Of a stretch of DNA of 64,000 nucleotides, positions 48,505-56,959 are shown piece by piece (position 1 is the stretch's first letter; every line of letters starts with the position of its first letter). This DNA comes from a virus. Under the pieces are notes generated by a model that saw only the letters and a list, made by a program, of their open reading frames with translations, was not told where the DNA came from and searched no databases. The position numbers and the translations under genes are program-made. The stretch lies in the IMG/VR virus record IMGVR_UViG_3300042546_000155, one strand, 5' to 3'.

Positions 48505-48593
48505 ATCGACGCTCCTCGGTCGTTGGTATGGCCCAGTCCAAGATCGACTTAAGCTGGGCCATATTCTATATGGTTAAGTTCAAGGTGAAGGGA

Positions 48594-49817
48594 TTAACCC
48601 TTCACATTTAGCACCTGACGGAGACGATGCACGATTTCCACAAGGTCATCCTGTGCAGCCATGACCGCACCAATGTCCTTGTAGGCAGCCGGTGACTCGT
48701 CAATTACATCAGCGTCCTTACGGCATTCGATACCCTCGGTCGCCTTGATATGATCATCCAGCGTGATTGCCTTACGAGCCGCATTGCGGGACATACGACG
48801 ACCAGCACCATGAGAACACGAACAAAACGAATCCTGGTTACCAAGACCACGGACAATGAACGAACCCGTACCCATCGAACCCGGGATAATACCCAGATCG
48901 TCCTTACGGGCACGAACCGCACCCTTACGGGTCACCCACACATTCTTGCCAAAGTGGTTCTCCTTAGCAATATAGTTGTGGTGACAGTTCACAGCCTTTT
49001 CATCAGAAACAACGAAAGCCGGTAAACGCTCACGAAGAACCTTTAGCACGGCATCCATCATTAACTGACGGTTAAGAGCAGCAAACTCCTGTGCCCAAGA
49101 TACAGCCTCTACATAATCATCGAACAGTTCCGTATGTTCTACAAGATAGGACAAGTCCTGATCCGGTAGATACGGCAGGATATGATAGCGTTCCATTTCA
49201 CGCTTTGCAGCATCAATGAAATACTGACCAATCTTGTTACCTACACCACGGGACCCGGAGTGCAGCATTACCCACACATAGTCATCCTCATCAAGACACA
49301 GTTCGATAAAGTGGTTGCCCGTTCCCAGGGTACCCAGGAACTCAACATCCTTATGGGACTTGATCTTCGGGTGCTTCTCAACGATCTTCGCATAGCGATC
49401 CGCCAGAATGTTCCATGCACCAGCAACATTCAGCGGCATATCAAGCCAGGTACCACGATCATTCTTACCACCGTTGTCGGTACGACCATGCGGAACCACG
49501 GACTCGATATGAGAACGCAGCGAGTGAAGGTTGTCCGGTAGATCGTTCGCCGTCAATGACAGACGAACAGCCATCATACCACAACCGATATCAACACCAA
49601 CAGCAGCCGGCACAACTGCACCAACCGTCGGAATAACCGACCCAACCGTTGCACCCTTGCCAAGATGGACGTCCGGCATAACAGCAACATGGCCCGCAAT
49701 AAACGGGAGTGACGCAATGTTATCTAACTGGGTACGAGCATCAGCCTCGACCTCAACACCCTCGCACCACATCTTTAAACGCCCACCACGAGCGCCATCC
49801 ACATACTGATATGCCAT
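48594..49817 (-). CDS. rtcB: RtcB RNA ligase (3'-P/2',3'-cyclic-P to 5'-OH)
   Basis: MPDVHLGKG, GVDIGCG, LGTLGTGNHFIE, LHSGSRG, HHNY, RKGA, PGSMG, SHGAGR, DESP.AYK. Confidence 0.95.
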   Translation of the reverse strand: MAYQYVDGARGGRLKMWCEGVEVEADARTQLDNIASLPFIAGHVAVMPDVHLGKGATVGSVIPTVGAVVPAAVGVDIGCGMMAVRLSLTANDLPDNLHSLRSHIESVVPHGRTDNGGKNDRGTWLDMPLNVAGAWNILADRYAKIVEKHPKIKSHKDVEFLGTLGTGNHFIELCLDEDDYVWVMLHSGSRGVGNKIGQYFIDAAKREMERYHILPYLPDQDLSYLVEHTELFDDYVEAVSWAQEFAALNRQLMMDAVLKVLRERLPAFVVSDEKAVNCHHNYIAKENHFGKNVWVTRKGAVRARKDDLGIIPGSMGTGSFIVRGLGNQDSFCSCSHGAGRRMSRNAARKAITLDDHIKATEGIECRKDADVIDESPAAYKDIGAVMAAQDDLVEIVHRLRQVLNVKG

Positions 49818-49832
49818 TTAATTTCTCCTTGT

Positions 49833-50033
49833 TTATTCTATAACTTCAACTCTATCTTCTGCCTGCATATACCAATCAGGTGCAGTATCGCTAACATTCT
49901 GTTCGTTTACAAACTTAATACGAGATTTTGCTTCTTCATAAGTATTGTATTCTTCGGTCCAATACTCTTGTCCCCAACCACGTTCCGACTCTAAAAGAAA
50001 GATACGATATCTCATTACCGAACCTCCACACAA
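49833..50033 (-). CDS. Hypothetical protein (start probably MRYRIF)
   Basis: ESERGWGQ...N....APDWY motif. Confidence 0.6.
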   Translation of the reverse strand: MCGGSVMRYRIFLLESERGWGQEYWTEEYNTYEEAKSRIKFVNEQNVSDTAPDWYMQAEDRVEVIE

Positions 50034-50179
50034 TTGCCACTATAACCAGACTTAAGAAGGTAGTAATTTATATAGCGTTTAACAGCTACTCTGGAAATGC
50101 CTCGAAAGACAATATCCTTATTAGCACCCATATAGATTGTCAGATTGAAAGTCTGCACATTAGCCATTATATATCTCCT

Positions 50180-50407
50180 TTAGAAGTGAGCCGAGTCATC
50201 GTATGTAAATTCGTTAATATCATTACCATTAGGACCGAATGCCTGCGACTCATCACCTTTAGCAAAGACAATCACATCACCTTCCGCAATCTCTCGCTGT
50301 GCCCTACGGTCCCAGAACCTATGAATAAAGTCTGGTTTGCCAAACACTTTGACGGCATTATTGTAACGGTCATCTTTGAAACCGACAAAGTGTAAAGCAT
50401 TTTTCAT
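50180..50407 (-). CDS. Hypothetical protein
   Basis: HFVGF..D.Y..AV.VFG.PDFIH..WD.RA. Confidence 0.6.
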   Translation of the reverse strand: MKNALHFVGFKDDRYNNAVKVFGKPDFIHRFWDRRAQREIAEGDVIVFAKGDESQAFGPNGNDINEFTYDDSAHF

Positions 50408-50597
50408 TTAGTTCATCCCATCAAGATAAGCGATAAACAGGACGCCGATTGTAAGACCGACCGTGAGTGTCATAAGAGCGACAATCTGCACAAACTTTGA
50501 ATCATCAATCATATTAGTCCTCCATGTTCAAGAGTGCGACAAGGGCGAGAATGCTGGGAACGCCAAACAGGATTATAAACATTATAAGGTCTGTCAT
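50408..50597 (-). CDS. Two consecutive tiny single-TM peptides (50597..50514, 27 aa; 50512..50408, 34 aa)
   Basis: MTDLIMFIILFGVPSILALVALLNMED and MIDDSKFVQIVALMTLTVGLTIGVLFIAYLDGMN; tightly packed, with SDs. Confidence 0.5.
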
Positions 50598-50803
50598 TAT
50601 ACAACCTCTCCTATTGCATCACCATAGTTATCAAACTCATTCACATCGATTCCGATCTTCGTGATATACACTTCATCGGACGAGTTATCAGACAAATAGC
50701 TGATTTCAGCTTCACGAGCCTTTGCATAGTCGGAATATATGCCTAAGCAGATATCACAACCCTCATAAGCATCAACAGCGTACCACAATCCGAAAACTTG
50801 CAT
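50597..50803 (-). CDS. Hypothetical protein
   Basis: 68 aa, AAAGGA SD. Confidence 0.55.
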   Translation of the reverse strand: MQVFGLWYAVDAYEGCDICLGIYSDYAKAREAEISYLSDNSSDEVYITKIGIDVNEFDNYGDAIGEVV

Positions 50804-50807
50804 AAGA

Positions 50808-50975
50808 TTATCCTTTCACATTGATAGACTTGCCACGGGTAATGCCGCTCTTGGGGCGTTTAGCGGGCTTAGCCACTTTAATAGTGCCACCCTTTTCAAA
50901 ATAGTTAATGAGAGCATTGAGAGTGGCCAGGTCGGACTTGAGGAGACCCTTGTTAACGAAGCGAGCATTAGACAT
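50808..50975 (-). CDS. Small basic protein with F..KGG.I motif, 55 aa, not in ORF track
   Basis: MSNARFVNKGLLKSDLATLNALINYFEKGGTIKVAKPAKRPK...; AAAGGA SD; first gene after the 51008-51036 promoter. Confidence 0.55.
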   Translation of the reverse strand: MSNARFVNKGLLKSDLATLNALINYFEKGGTIKVAKPAKRPKSGITRGKSINVKG

Positions 50976-51007
50976 GATGTTTTCCTTTGTTTCTCGATTA
51001 TGGGTAT

Positions 51008-51054
51008 ATCATACAGGAACGGAACCGATTTGTCTATGCGACATGTTGTCGCAC
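51008..51054 (-). promoter_or_regulatory. Early promoter with palindromic box abutting -35
   Basis: TAGACA-17-TATGAT; box GTGCGACAACATGTCGCAT overlaps -35 by 1 bp. Confidence 0.7.
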
Positions 51055-51058
51055 CCTG

Positions 51059-51301
51059 TCACAGTCTCTTACTGCTAAGGCCCCGCTTAAGCAAGCGGAG
51101 GATTTTTGCCTCGATTTGCCATACCCTATGGTCAGATATACCGATTTCCTCAGCGATAGCGCCCAAAGTCTGGTTTTGATAGAAGCGCCTAACAGCGACA
51201 AAACGCTGGCGGGGTTCGAGACTTTCAATTGCCTCTTTAAGGACAATCTTAAGGTCCATTTCGTGCATATTGATAAGATCGACAAAGATGGGATTAGACA
51301 T
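51059..51301 (-). CDS. Stand-alone sigma70 region-4-like HTH protein
   Basis: LEPRQRFVAVRRF....TLGAIAEEIGISDHRVWQIEAKILRLLK. Confidence 0.8.
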   Translation of the reverse strand: MSNPIFVDLINMHEMDLKIVLKEAIESLEPRQRFVAVRRFYQNQTLGAIAEEIGISDHRVWQIEAKILRLLKRGLSSKRL

Positions 51302-51394
51302 TTTAAACTCCCAGTTTGAATGCGGCTTGAAATGCTACGAAGTCAGAAAATGACTCCGCATTTTCGATTATTAGAATATAGAAGCGATGTTTCA

Positions 51395-51715
51395 TTATCG
51401 AACATCCGTGTTAAGTTTCGGTTTACGAGTGCGGATCAATTCACGCTCAATTTCATGAGCATTTGATTTGCCACGAACGATTTGAACCACCTCAACAGTG
51501 AATGCCTCAGGGCCATACTTGCGAATTGCAAGCGACAATTTCCACGCTTTATCTTCTGACATGGCCCGCTGGACATGTTTCTGCCAGCGGCGCTTAAGGG
51601 ACTTAGACGGGGAACGATCATTAACAATCGTGACCCCGATATATTCCCGCTTGCCAATAGCCAAGCTATAGATTATGTGATTCGTGTCGCTGCGGCGTTT
51701 GCGTTTCTTGATCAT
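51395..51715 (-). CDS. GIY-YIG family endonuclease-like protein
   Basis: IIYSL....EYIGVT...RRWQKH...AIRKYG..AF...E.ELI....P.LN; start set at ATG 51715 from the promoter position. Confidence 0.7.
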   Translation of the reverse strand: MIKKRKRRSDTNHIIYSLAIGKREYIGVTIVNDRSPSKSLKRRWQKHVQRAMSEDKAWKLSLAIRKYGPEAFTVEVVQIVRGKSNAHEIERELIRTRKPKLNTDVR

Positions 51716-51721
51716 GCTCAT

Positions 51722-51778
51722 ATAATAGGACAAAACGGAACGGAAGTCAAGCGAAAAAAGTGCGACAAGATGTCGCAC
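51722..51778 (-). promoter_or_regulatory. Early promoter with upstream palindromic box
   Basis: TTGACT-17-TATTAT; box GTGCGACATCTTGTCGCAC 9 bp upstream of -35. Confidence 0.75.
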
Positions 51779-51850
51779 CTCTAAGTCTTTGATTTTATTA
51801 GAGATTTCTGTAAGTGCTTGATTTTGCTTAGGATTGATCTATGTCAATCT

Positions 51851-52402
51851 CTACAAAATTGGTAGACTATTCCGCTGAAATGTCACCCACCGAGTTTCGG
51901 TCGTTTCGACCTTCTCTGGCGTAAAGAGGCACCATCCACATCTTACGGTGCCGTTACCATTTACAATTCTACCGTCTTCGGTTTCGAACTTGATCAGGCT
52001 GCTAACGATATGCAGTTTGGATAGTTGTTTGGTATATGCATTGCGCTTTTGCGTGGACAAAGGCTCAATTCTAATCAGCAGGAGAGCAGGGATCTTCCAT
52101 TCATATAGACAACGATCCAGCAATTCATATTGGGCAAAGAAAGGAGGGTTGGTCACAACAGCATCGATATTCGCTGGCTTATCGCATGTGAGCATATCCA
52201 GCTTATCGATACCATCACACATAGGATAAATGTCAGATGCATATGACACACCCGACAAGTTTTTGCTAATAGCACCATCGCCAGCGCATGGCTCCCACCA
52301 TCTAAGGTTTGGGTCCATTAGATCCTTTGCCAGTAATACCGCATCAACCGGTGTTCTGTAAAAGTCACGGTCTGCACGGTCTCTCTTTCTCATATGTTCC
52401 AA
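51851..52402 (-). CDS. Amino-(N6A/N4C) DNA methyltransferase-like protein
   Basis: DFYRTP, WEPCAGDGAI (SAM binding), VTNPPF (motif IV). Confidence 0.8.
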   Translation of the reverse strand: MEHMRKRDRADRDFYRTPVDAVLLAKDLMDPNLRWWEPCAGDGAISKNLSGVSYASDIYPMCDGIDKLDMLTCDKPANIDAVVTNPPFFAQYELLDRCLYEWKIPALLLIRIEPLSTQKRNAYTKQLSKLHIVSSLIKFETEDGRIVNGNGTVRCGWCLFTPEKVETTETRWVTFQRNSLPIL

Positions 52403-53043
52403 TCCTTATGGTTGTTCAGGCCATTGTTTCTAACAGTTTCTTCGTCAAGAAACAGCCAATTGCTTCTCAGCTTGATCTTACCCGTCTTATTGATAGAGCA
52501 TGAGGGTGTGGTCTTTGAACCAGCTTTGCCAGCAGACGGCTTCGGCCAATCGTTTTCGGTTAGCTTGTCAGTGTATGTAATGCCAACAATGAACGGCACA
52601 CCATTCTTCCACATCCATATGACATTCAAAACAGAGGTCGTATAGACATGGTGAGCAGATGCATTCGTATCAATCTTAGCATCTTCGGCAATGAACTTTG
52701 ATTTAACATCAAAGCCACCCTTCTTAAAGTCTTCTAATGTAGGAGACTCTAGCCACTTTTTAGCTTCTTTTGTATTGGGAAGAATGTCGGGATAGCCATC
52801 CGGATGGGGATTCGTCTTCAAGTCATCCGATTCATCGACCAACATTTGTGCAAATGCTTCGCCAATCCCGCCCGAGATATTTCTCATCGGAACATAGTTC
52901 GCAGGATCATACTTATGCCGCTTTTTGTAGGCATCTTTAAATATGGCGTGTGATTTGTTTAAGACTTTCTCAAGCTTGTCCATATCGAACTTATGGACAG
53001 GCGAGAACTTTAGATAAGCCTTGTTATTCCGTAAATAAGCCAT
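52390..53043 (-). CDS. Putative PD-(D/E)XK restriction-endonuclease-like protein
   Basis: GGIGEAF...NPHPDGYPDIL...GFDVKS; overlaps the MTase start. Confidence 0.5.
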   Translation of the reverse strand: MAYLRNNKAYLKFSPVHKFDMDKLEKVLNKSHAIFKDAYKKRHKYDPANYVPMRNISGGIGEAFAQMLVDESDDLKTNPHPDGYPDILPNTKEAKKWLESPTLEDFKKGGFDVKSKFIAEDAKIDTNASAHHVYTTSVLNVIWMWKNGVPFIVGITYTDKLTENDWPKPSAGKAGSKTTPSCSINKTGKIKLRSNWLFLDEETVRNNGLNNHKDWNI

Positions 53044-53077
53044 GACTTATTCCTTTTCCTCAGCGACTATAACTTCT

Positions 53078-53105
53078 ATTATACACTAAGGAAAAGGAAT
53101 GTCAA
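53078..53105 (-). promoter_or_regulatory. Consensus sigma70 promoter inside a long inverted repeat
   Basis: TTGACA-16-TATAAT; arms 53049-53060 and 53089-53100. Confidence 0.7.
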
Positions 53106-53123
53106 GGACTTTTTTGTTGTCAA

Positions 53124-53321
53124 TCAATGCTCATAAAAATCATCAACCTCATCGAAGTCATCCGTGTGTTCCATCCAGGCTTTCTTGAGGTTCTTGATGG
53201 GACGCTTTTTGTTAACATCGGTTTGCGGCCTTTCGAGTCGCTTACCACCATACTTCTTATCTTCCTCATATAGTTCGGCATATAGAGGATCGTGCTTGAA
53301 ACTAGGAGACTTGTTTTTCAT
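53124..53321 (-). CDS. Hypothetical protein
   Basis: Likely start MKNKSP just after the SprT stop. Confidence 0.55.
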   Translation of the reverse strand: MKNKSPSFKHDPLYAELYEEDKKYGGKRLERPQTDVNKKRPIKNLKKAWMEHTDDFDEVDDFYEH

Positions 53322-53322
53322 A

Positions 53323-53727
53323 TCATGCAACCCTATAAAGTTTAAGTCCTTTAAGTTGAAGGTTATCACTCCAGGCTCGGAATGACGGACCATGTCCGAG
53401 TGGTTCATTGAATGTATGTTGGAATAAGTGTATCATTTCATGTGCTAGAATTTCTACAAACTCCTTCTTGCTACTAAACACCTTTGTCATTACTAGGATC
53501 GATCCTTTTTCTTTATCTCCTGGCCAGTAGAGAAAAAGAGCATGGACCCCCCTCGGTCGACCAATACGTATTTCATCGAACTCGGATAGTTTGTTGCCGA
53601 AAATTTGTTGATTAAGTATGACGAACCATTCTTTGATGTCACCAATTGTTGGGCGGTATTTGGTACTGTCATACGCCAACTCCTTTAGAAGTTTACGATT
53701 GTGGTAGTAGTCCGGGGAACGCTTCAT
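53323..53727 (-). CDS. SprT-like zinc metalloprotease
   Basis: LN..IF...L, EILAHEMIHL.Q, HGP.F. Confidence 0.75.
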   Translation of the reverse strand: MKRSPDYYHNRKLLKELAYDSTKYRPTIGDIKEWFVILNQQIFGNKLSEFDEIRIGRPRGVHALFLYWPGDKEKGSILVMTKVFSSKKEFVEILAHEMIHLFQHTFNEPLGHGPSFRAWSDNLQLKGLKLYRVA

Positions 53728-54127
53728 TGACCAACAACGGGGTTAGATATGGAACATTTAAATCTTTCTTGAGCATACCAGCAAACACATCGGCTTCCTT
53801 TTCCTCAAGAGACTCCAAAATCTGAATTAGAATTTCAGTCTTTCTCTTATCGGTTAGGTCAGGCGACACTCGTGGGTTACCCTTAACGAAAAGATATACC
53901 CGTGATAAAGCCTCAGTCATATGTCCGTAAGACATGCCAGCAGGCATTTGTTCACGCTTGAATGCAGGAATCTCAGTCACAGTATATTGAATGTCTGGGT
54001 TGAATGTGCCTAGCAATACATTTCGTAGTGCATAGGAGTCATTCTTACGGAGAACATCGATCCTATCCTGCTTTGTCTTAACATTGCGAAAGTCATCTAG
54101 GACTTCATAGATATTTTTGATTGCCAT
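53693..54127 (-). CDS. Conserved T4-like phage hypothetical protein
   Basis: K.E...IQILESL...EA.....M..K.L...YLT..LV.EAFP; lies downstream of rnh. Confidence 0.7.
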   Translation of the reverse strand: MAIKNIYEVLDDFRNVKTKQDRIDVLRKNDSYALRNVLLGTFNPDIQYTVTEIPAFKREQMPAGMSYGHMTEALSRVYLFVKGNPRVSPDLTDKRKTEILIQILESLEEKEADVFAGMLKKDLNVPYLTPLLVNEAFPGLLPQS

Positions 54128-54135
54128 TGTTTCCT

Positions 54136-54996
54136 CTAAAAATCGTTTATGCTTTCAATCATCACTTTAAGGCCTTTGTCAATAAAGTAATTAAGCATCT
54201 TCTCTTTTGACGCAGGCTTAGCGTTATCAAAGGCCTCTACAATCTTCGCCTGTATCTCATTAGGTATATAGTCAAAATCAACCAACATCTGATTACGCTT
54301 ATAACCACGAAGCATATCATCCGTAGTGCAAAACTCAGTGGCATCCTTCTGCACCCATTCGTTAAGCTTTTTGCTATTTATGGGCTTCTGTCTTTCACCA
54401 GCAGCGAATGTATTGTCAGCAGATAGAAAGTTAGGAATGCCATCGCCACGATCACCCTTAATGATATGCTCCTTGATAAACACGGAGGGATTATCAATCT
54501 TGATGAACCGCTTTAGAATAGGAGAATACTGGGTGACATTGGGATACTTCTGCAACTGACCGAAGTCCTTGTCACTTGAAAGAATGAGGACCTGATCATG
54601 GTTTGCATAACGAGCCGATAGGACTGCAATCACATCGTCAGCCTCGGCACCATCAACATCGATAACCCTGTAGGGGAAATATTCTTTTAGTTCGTCACGG
54701 ATACGATTGAGAGTATCGAAGATCAAACCCCAATCAAGGCCCGAAGCCTCACGGTCGACCTTACGCTGCGACTTATAGAAGGGAAAATAGTCACGACGCC
54801 AGTAATGCTTAGAGTCACAGCAAAGCACCACATTAGGATACTTAGACTTGAACTGGCGCACATTTGAGCGAATGGTATTGATGCACATATGGCGAATCAA
54901 TGCCTCATTCATTTCGTTTTCTTTTGTAGCAAACTTGAGGTGCTGCATCAAGTTTGAGATTAGAACCTGATTGAGGTCTACAAACATGTAAGACAT
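54136..54996 (-). CDS. rnh: T4-type RNase H (5'-3' exonuclease)
   Basis: DLNQ, WRRDYFPFYK..RK, EADDVI, SSDKDF.QLQ, GDRGDGIPN. Confidence 0.93.
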   Translation of the reverse strand: MSYMFVDLNQVLISNLMQHLKFATKENEMNEALIRHMCINTIRSNVRQFKSKYPNVVLCCDSKHYWRRDYFPFYKSQRKVDREASGLDWGLIFDTLNRIRDELKEYFPYRVIDVDGAEADDVIAVLSARYANHDQVLILSSDKDFGQLQKYPNVTQYSPILKRFIKIDNPSVFIKEHIIKGDRGDGIPNFLSADNTFAAGERQKPINSKKLNEWVQKDATEFCTTDDMLRGYKRNQMLVDFDYIPNEIQAKIVEAFDNAKPASKEKMLNYFIDKGLKVMIESINDF

Positions 54997-55029
54997 AATA
55001 TATTCCTTTTTGAGCGTAGATTTATTCTA

Positions 55030-55431
55030 TCACTCTTCCTCTTCGGTGTCAAGACTTTCCTTTGCTTCGGAAAGTTCTTTTATCACCGTTTCAATCCGTT
55101 CACGGAGGTCTTCCTTAGACATATCCTCTAGATCACCCTCGATTACGGTAATGTTCTTATCAACAAAATCGTGCAGGTGATGGTCGATATCAAACTGTCT
55201 ATATACGGCTGCCTTTAGTGCATCCACAACTAGGATAAAGTCTTTAGCAAACTGTTTGTCCTGTACCTCGACATAGTAGTTATCCAGTTCTGTAATGATA
55301 AGACCTGTAATTTCATCCACAATTGTATCGGCCAGCTTTTGATCTGCCTTCGCCTGCCGAGCCTTTAGATGCTCCTCGGGCACTTCACGAACGACCTTAT
55401 TCTTTGGAAATTCTATTACCTTGTCTGTCAT
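55030..55431 (-). CDS. Hypothetical protein
   Basis: KVIEFPK N-terminus; 133 aa. Confidence 0.6.
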   Translation of the reverse strand: MTDKVIEFPKNKVVREVPEEHLKARQAKADQKLADTIVDEITGLIITELDNYYVEVQDKQFAKDFILVVDALKAAVYRQFDIDHHLHDFVDKNITVIEGDLEDMSKEDLRERIETVIKELSEAKESLDTEEEE

Positions 55432-55533
55432 TTTTATTCCTTATTTCTATGTATGTACCATACAAGATAAGGCCAACGGTGATGACACCGGTAGCCATAC
55501 CAAGATAGATCATAAACCAGATGCAATCAATGA

Positions 55534-56655
55534 TCATTTCACCACCCGCAGTAGGATTGTATCCATGTTGATACGACCGTTAGCCTTAGCTTCTTTTGTT
55601 GTGATATTGTCCATAACCTTGCGAAGATAAATCTTACCACCTTCAAGCAGAGGCTTGATTACTGCTTCGGGTTTACGAAGTTTTTTGGTGATAGAAGTAG
55701 CTTCATCATATCCCGTAATGGTAGTCCCTCGGACACTAAGGCCCGAATGACCCACGGCATTATACACAGATAGATTGCGAGTTTTAACATTGAACACCCA
55801 AAGTTGTTCAGCACCAATAATAGTCTTGGGATCGACACTCTTAGCATATAGACAATCCTCGTGTTCGACACAATAACTCATTTTAGCCACTAGAACATGG
55901 GCAGGCTTCACCTTCTTCTTACGGGGCTTGCGAACAGCCTGACCCGCAGAATCCAGTTCAACCATATGATCAATGATACGCTTTATGAATAGAACCATGA
56001 TCTTAAGAACCGGCTTACGCCAGTGCTTATACGAGTCAGCCAGTTCTTTGTCTTTGCCTTCGATGGCCTGACAGATTTCTTCGTATTGAGGACGGAAGTG
56101 TTCTGCAATCCTCTTCGCAATTTGCGGTTTAATTCCCTTCTCAAGGGTCCACTTCTTAACATCAAACTGAATAACTCCTTCTTGAAAGAAGACATCCAGT
56201 TGTTCTTCCAGTTCACCGATAAGATCGGATGCCTTGTGATTGATACGATCTTGGATCGAGATTACCTTCGTGACGGGCGCTTCCTCTCCTTCAACCACTT
56301 CATCGCTTCCTGATGCCGAGGATGCGAAGGATCGAATACGCTCAATCGTTGTGTCCCAGAGATTATCAGGGAGAGTGGACCCTGCTTCAAGGAGTCGGCA
56401 GTTCCATCCGATCCAGTTGTTGAACTCATGGGGCTTGACTCGGGAGAGTTTGGTAATGATTTCTTTATCATACTTGATAGACTTGAGGTAGGAGATAGCG
56501 AACTTGAGAGAATCCTCGGAAGAATAGAAGTAGTTAAACCAGGTGTAGGCATTAGATAACTCCACCTGTGTAGAGTCCTCAGTAAGGCTCGGTTCGGGAC
56601 CGAGATACTTTTCATCAGTGAACTTGGGGCGGCGAACAGCGGTAGCCTTTTTCAC
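55534..56655 (-). CDS. Conserved T4-like phage hypothetical protein
   Basis: Likely GTG start at 56655 after AAGGAG; IIGA.QLWVFN.KTR.L, GRIN..TILL. Confidence 0.7.
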   Translation of the reverse strand: MKKATAVRRPKFTDEKYLGPEPSLTEDSTQVELSNAYTWFNYFYSSEDSLKFAISYLKSIKYDKEIITKLSRVKPHEFNNWIGWNCRLLEAGSTLPDNLWDTTIERIRSFASSASGSDEVVEGEEAPVTKVISIQDRINHKASDLIGELEEQLDVFFQEGVIQFDVKKWTLEKGIKPQIAKRIAEHFRPQYEEICQAIEGKDKELADSYKHWRKPVLKIMVLFIKRIIDHMVELDSAGQAVRKPRKKKVKPAHVLVAKMSYCVEHEDCLYAKSVDPKTIIGAEQLWVFNVKTRNLSVYNAVGHSGLSVRGTTITGYDEATSITKKLRKPEAVIKPLLEGGKIYLRKVMDNITTKEAKANGRINMDTILLRVVK

Positions 56656-56665
56656 TTTTTTCTCC

Positions 56666-56959
56666 TTATCCGAAGATGTAGCCATAGTCCTTGAACTCGT
56701 TGATAACACAAATTCCGTCTTCAAGGTATCCATAATCATAGCCCATTTCCTCGGCCTTGTCAAGAGCCTCATTTAAGGAAAAGAACACTTCTGATTTTTC
56801 AAAGACGGATTTGATTGTCTGAATGTCGCCATCATAACGGAAAGTTTCCTCATTAAACTTACCGTAAATGGAATCGATAGCATGAGCATAAGCTACCCGA
56901 TATTCGGGACCCTTTTCACTCTCGGTGAAAAGGACATAGATTCCGTTATCAGCAGACAT
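56666..56959 (-). CDS. Hypothetical protein
   Basis: MSADNGIY...EYRVA motif. Confidence 0.6.
   Translation of the reverse strand: MSADNGIYVLFTESEKGPEYRVAYAHAIDSIYGKFNEETFRYDGDIQTIKSVFEKSEVFFSLNEALDKAEEMGYDYGYLEDGICVINEFKDYGYIFG

Noticed and set aside
48371-48562. 63-aa ORF from the ORF track
   Set aside because: It has no SD and its start is buried in a hairpin. The overlapping frame 48504..48328 has a strong SD and a recognisable motif.
50534-50550. Fifth copy of the palindromic box (GTGCGACAAGGGCGAGA)
   Set aside because: Only a half-site, inside a small ORF, with no linked promoter.
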